Of a stretch of 64,000 bases of DNA, positions 60,346-64,000 are shown one piece after another. The number at the start of each line of letters is the position of its first letter. Within the stretch, counting starts at the first letter, position 1. The stretch spans positions 5,520,001-5,584,000 of the forward strand of contig NC_087250.1 of assembly GCF_037042905.1 (NCBI RefSeq), written 5' to 3'. The position numbers and the translations under genes are program-made. Source of the DNA: Lytechinus pictus. Taxonomy: Eukaryota. The notes beneath the pieces were generated by a model. The model worked only from the letters and a program-made list of their open reading frames with translations, searched no databases and had not been told where the DNA came from.

Positions 60346-60606
60346 TATAGTGTAAGGGGGTTATAGTTAAGCAGACGACATCATGCACCCAAGCGACACA
60401 AGTCACATGACACATCGGCGGGAGGAACCACAACACAATACAGTACACACGCCACTAAAACACTCCACTCCATACTCAACCCCAGAGAGGTACAGACGTC
60501 CTGAGAGCTGTGCATAACAAGAATAAGGTAAGGCTTTCTCCCGGTGTATATTGTGTGTAAGTTATAGTGAGTGTATGATTATTTATGTTATCGGCCCCCC
60601 TCTTTA
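60346..60606 (+). repeat. 3' LTR
   Basis: 261 bp; differs from the 5' LTR at aagTgacaca/aagCgacaca and cccCgagagg/cccAgagagg. Confidence 0.93.
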
Positions 60607-61200
60607 TGGATATCAAGTTCGATCGATCAATAGATGATCTATTTTGGGAGAGATCTCTTAGTCCATCGTTTCGATAATTTACGCGAACGGGTATTTTCGC
60701 AGTTTACGAGAGCCCCCTCTGCATCCTCGAGTTCTTGTAATCCCGTACTGATTAGCAACCAAATTCGTTTGTGACGGCAACGGCACCTTTTGTTTGTTAC
60801 GTAACCTATAAAGGTCATTCCCTGAGTACGTGAGGCGCCGAGGTAAGTCTATTGTCCGTTGCTCGATTAGAGTGGTCATTTTATCATCAATGACCAAACG
60901 ATCTTCTTCCAAGTTCAAAGCCGTTTGAGAAGATAATACTCTTCGGTTTAACACACTGCAAACAGGTATACGTGGTAACAACACAAATGAAAAGCATCCA
61001 GAGTTTCATGAAACTTGAAAATACAACAACAGCCATAGTTCAATATTGCACAAAAGTCAGTTCATAATTATCACAGATTCACATGCAACGAGACTTACTA
61101 GTACTTGAAAGAATCACTTTTCTTAGTCGTCTACGAAAGAAGAGAAATTTCAGCAACACAAATTGCTCTCTGCGCTAGGGAAACAGCGCCCTCAGTTTGT
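60607..61200 (-). mobile_element. 5' portion of the LINE split by the Gypsy element (outer end approximate)
   Basis: RTRGCRGG basic motif; the empty-site join reads ...DRSNLISISPLH...(one stop)...DFPRIFMSNIRS in one frame. Confidence 0.55.
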
Positions 61201-62852
61201 AGCAGAACAAATATTGAATGCTCAAAATATAAGATAACAGTTTATATTAAATGTATGTGGCTTTCACTTGAAAGCTTTAATCAAAACGCAAAACAAAATC
61301 GACGATCATTTAAAAGTATTATCTTAAATTATGCATTTGGGGGGTGGGGTTTTAAAGGACAAGTCCATCTTAACAAAAAAGTTGAGATGCATAAAAAAAA
61401 TTGAAATTTAACAAACATGACACTGATAAATTTATCAAAACTGGATGTTAAATTAACTTGACCCGTTCCACCCGAAGAACATGATAACTTGTTCTAGTTT
61501 TCCACACTTACAGCCTAAGAACGAGATAACTCGTGCACCGGTTGCATAACTTTGAGGATTTTTTCTAACAAATTTTTAACACAGTCTTACTTATGAGATT
61601 GGTCATGATATTTACATCAGTCGAAATTTAAAATATTTTAATTATCAATCAAGGTGGTCCCTTTATCAAAAGGTGTAATTTGCCCTCGGAAAGATGTTAT
61701 TTCCCTAGTAATTGTCTCGAAACCATCCCCTAGTAACCAGCGTTTCATGTAAGAATAATCAGCCAATCAAAGCGCAGCTTGCGCTCAAACTCGGAATGTG
61801 TTGTCCTCATTTCCATACTCAACACGGGGACGTCCGTTGTTCGAGTGGAAAAACCAATCAAAATGCCGCTCTGCTTGATTAGGTGTTCAAAATGTTCACT
61901 GGGCGGTCGATCGTGACGTTACGTTTCTTTATTTACATACGTATTAAGCGGTAGTGAGATACAGTATTCAGGGCTTTCCGGATGTTAGGAAAGCCTAAAA
62001 ATATATACGTTTATCACGTTGGTACGGCATAATTATTACAGAAAAATCAGTCTTTGCAAATCACCTGGATTAAAACAATCAAGTAAATCTTTTTTTTAAA
62101 TGAATAAATGGGTTTTTCATGTATTTATCCACCATCAGGTGATAGCGTCATCGAAAAGAAAAATTATTTATCGATAATATTTTCAACGATATTAATAATG
62201 ATAATTATAATGATAATAATGTATAAGATGCCATATATCTTCACGGATGTTTCAAAGTAAGCATTCTTTCTGCATACATTGAAACATGCGGGTTAATATA
62301 GTCGTGTTTGTTCCGCCTTCCTTGTTCCGCAATGTCAATTTATAAAATATTTCTCTGAACAAAATCATTATTTATTAGATAGTTATCCGAAATATAAATT
62401 ATTGATATTCATAGGCGCGCAATCTCCAATAAATATCAGAGAGAGAGGAAGGGGTGCACAGAAAAACCCTTTTCCATTTCTGACACTTACATGTAAACGG
62501 TTTGGAGGGATATCCACTCTGTAAATGCCCCCCCCCCCCCAACTCATCAATGGCACATGAATGAATAAATTGGGGCACCAATTCTTATGACAATAGCCCA
62601 TTTCTTTTTCAATCAGTTATCAATCGATATTCAACGGGGTGCACCCGTTGTGATACTTCCTTTGTTTTGTCTCTAAAGAAAACTCCTTCACACCTCTTAT
62701 AACTTTCAACCTCTCAAAGGACAGGTCTACGCTATTAGTATGGCGGCTTGGTGGGGGGGGGGGGGTGGCCTGTAGTGGTCCTATAGGCATATACGTACGA
62801 ACATGTAACACGATTTCTGTAGTTTTAATTATACATGTAGTTCTTTATTATA

Positions 62853-63671
62853 CAGTGCGTCCCAGAAAAAACGAAACCGAGATTTAGCGATGATTTATCA
62901 TAACTTAATCACAAATGAAATAGACAAATGACCTACCAATGTAAAGCTTGGAATCTCCTCTTTCATCTGATATTACTAAGATTATTTTTTCTTCACGCAT
63001 GAGTGAGCAAAAACAATTTGAAGAGGGGATACCAAAAAGTAATTTGGCTGGTTGTATCTGGCTTTCAAAAGGAAAACCACATTGTTAAAGAATTCAATAT
63101 CTGCCCTTTAATTTGATACCTCAATTACAGAAAATGGTCAAGAAATAACAAAGTTCTGGTTATTTGAAATAAGGCTTGAATTTCAATAATTTCATAAAAT
63201 TAAGAGGTTTTACAGGCTAGCGTTCAAACTCACTCGACACTCCGTTTTGTTTACGATCAGCCATGTATTAAGTCTTTTGTTAACCGTGCGATAGCTTATG
63301 TGGGAAACCGGTGAAAACAGTTTATTTAATGAAATTATGGAAATTCAAGCCTTATTTCAAATAACCAGAACTTTGTTATTTCTTGACCATTTTCTGTGAT
63401 TGAGGTATCAAATCAAAGAGCGGATATTGAACTTTTAAGACATGTGATTTTCTTTTTGAAATTCAGATACTCCCCTCCAAATGACTTTTTGGTATCCTTT
63501 CTTCAAATTGTTTTTGCTCATTCATGCGTGAATGAGGAACATTCTAAGTAATATCACATGAAAGAGGAGATTCTAAGCTTTACCTTGGTAGGTCATTTGT
63601 CTATTGCATTTGTGATTAAGTTATGATAAATCATCGCTAAATCTCGGTTTCGTTTTTTCTGAGACGCACTG
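62853..63671. mobile_element. Tc1/mariner-type MITE with long inverted arms
   Basis: TA|CAGTGCGTCCCAGAAAAAACGAAACCGAG ... CTCGGTTTCGTTTTTTCTGAGACGCACTG|TA; arms ~350 bp. Confidence 0.85.
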
Positions 63672-64000
63672 TATATCGGACTATAATGTTTATCATGTTT
63701 ATAGGACTTTATAGTTTTTTTTTTTTTTTTTTTTTAACACCAACTACTTACGACATACTTTTCTTTCATAATTGGCAACGAAAGGCAAGTGGTATGATAT
63801 ATACATATATTGCAAAGCATGACTTGGAGAGCAGAAATTAATAACAGAACATACATTAGAGCGTGAACATCTCCGATGAAGAGATATAGATGATAAATTG
63901 GACAAGAAAAATAATTGTCTGTCTGTGAAAACAGTGGCGGCAAGGGGGCATTTATGCCCCCCTCCCCTGAAATTTGAAGAAAAAAATGTTTTGTAAATGC

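Larger units (their letters stand above)
50066..60606 (+). mobile_element. Full-length Ty3/Gypsy LTR retrotransposon (10,541 bp) with HhH-Gag, PHD-integrase and TatD ORF3
   Basis: Two 261-bp LTRs with 2 differences noticed; TSD TGGA at 50062-50065 and 60607-60610; PBS, PPT, gag, pol and a third ORF all lie between the LTRs. Confidence 0.95.

Noticed and set aside
41706..60606. Two independent Gypsy insertions or an LTR-sharing tandem
   Set aside because: The repeated unit includes ~770 bp of flank upstream of the LTR and the same TSD, and it breaks inside the integrase, so it is a segmental duplication of one insertion

Overview
This is AT-rich, repeat-dense animal genomic DNA. The repeat types and exon style suggest an invertebrate deuterostome such as a sea urchin, but that is inference only. 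The left half carries a minus-strand host gene with nine phase-1/phase-1 Sushi (CCP/SCR) exons and a 27-nt micro-exon (8427-31957); its first and last exons were not found. The introns and flanks are packed with non-autonomous DNA transposons: a Helentron/HINE-like element holding a Transib MITE with RSS-like ends, Kolobok-like TTAA MITEs, a 3.85-kb palindrome with IS3EU-type ends, two Harbinger-type elements sharing an inverted ~3-kb interior, and a Tc1/mariner MITE. The right half holds a young 10.5-kb Ty3/Gypsy LTR retrotransposon (50066-60606) inserted into a LINE fragment, with 261-bp LTRs, a TGGA TSD and a tRNA-Ser PBS. An 8,360-bp tandem duplication copies most of it. The main candidate novelty is this element's domain content: Gag starts with a ComEA-like helix-hairpin-helix, the integrase ends in a PHD finger, and a third ORF in the env position encodes a TatD-family nuclease. 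A predicted 145-nt intron would fuse that ORF in frame to Pol. This copy carries frameshift and nonsense lesions.
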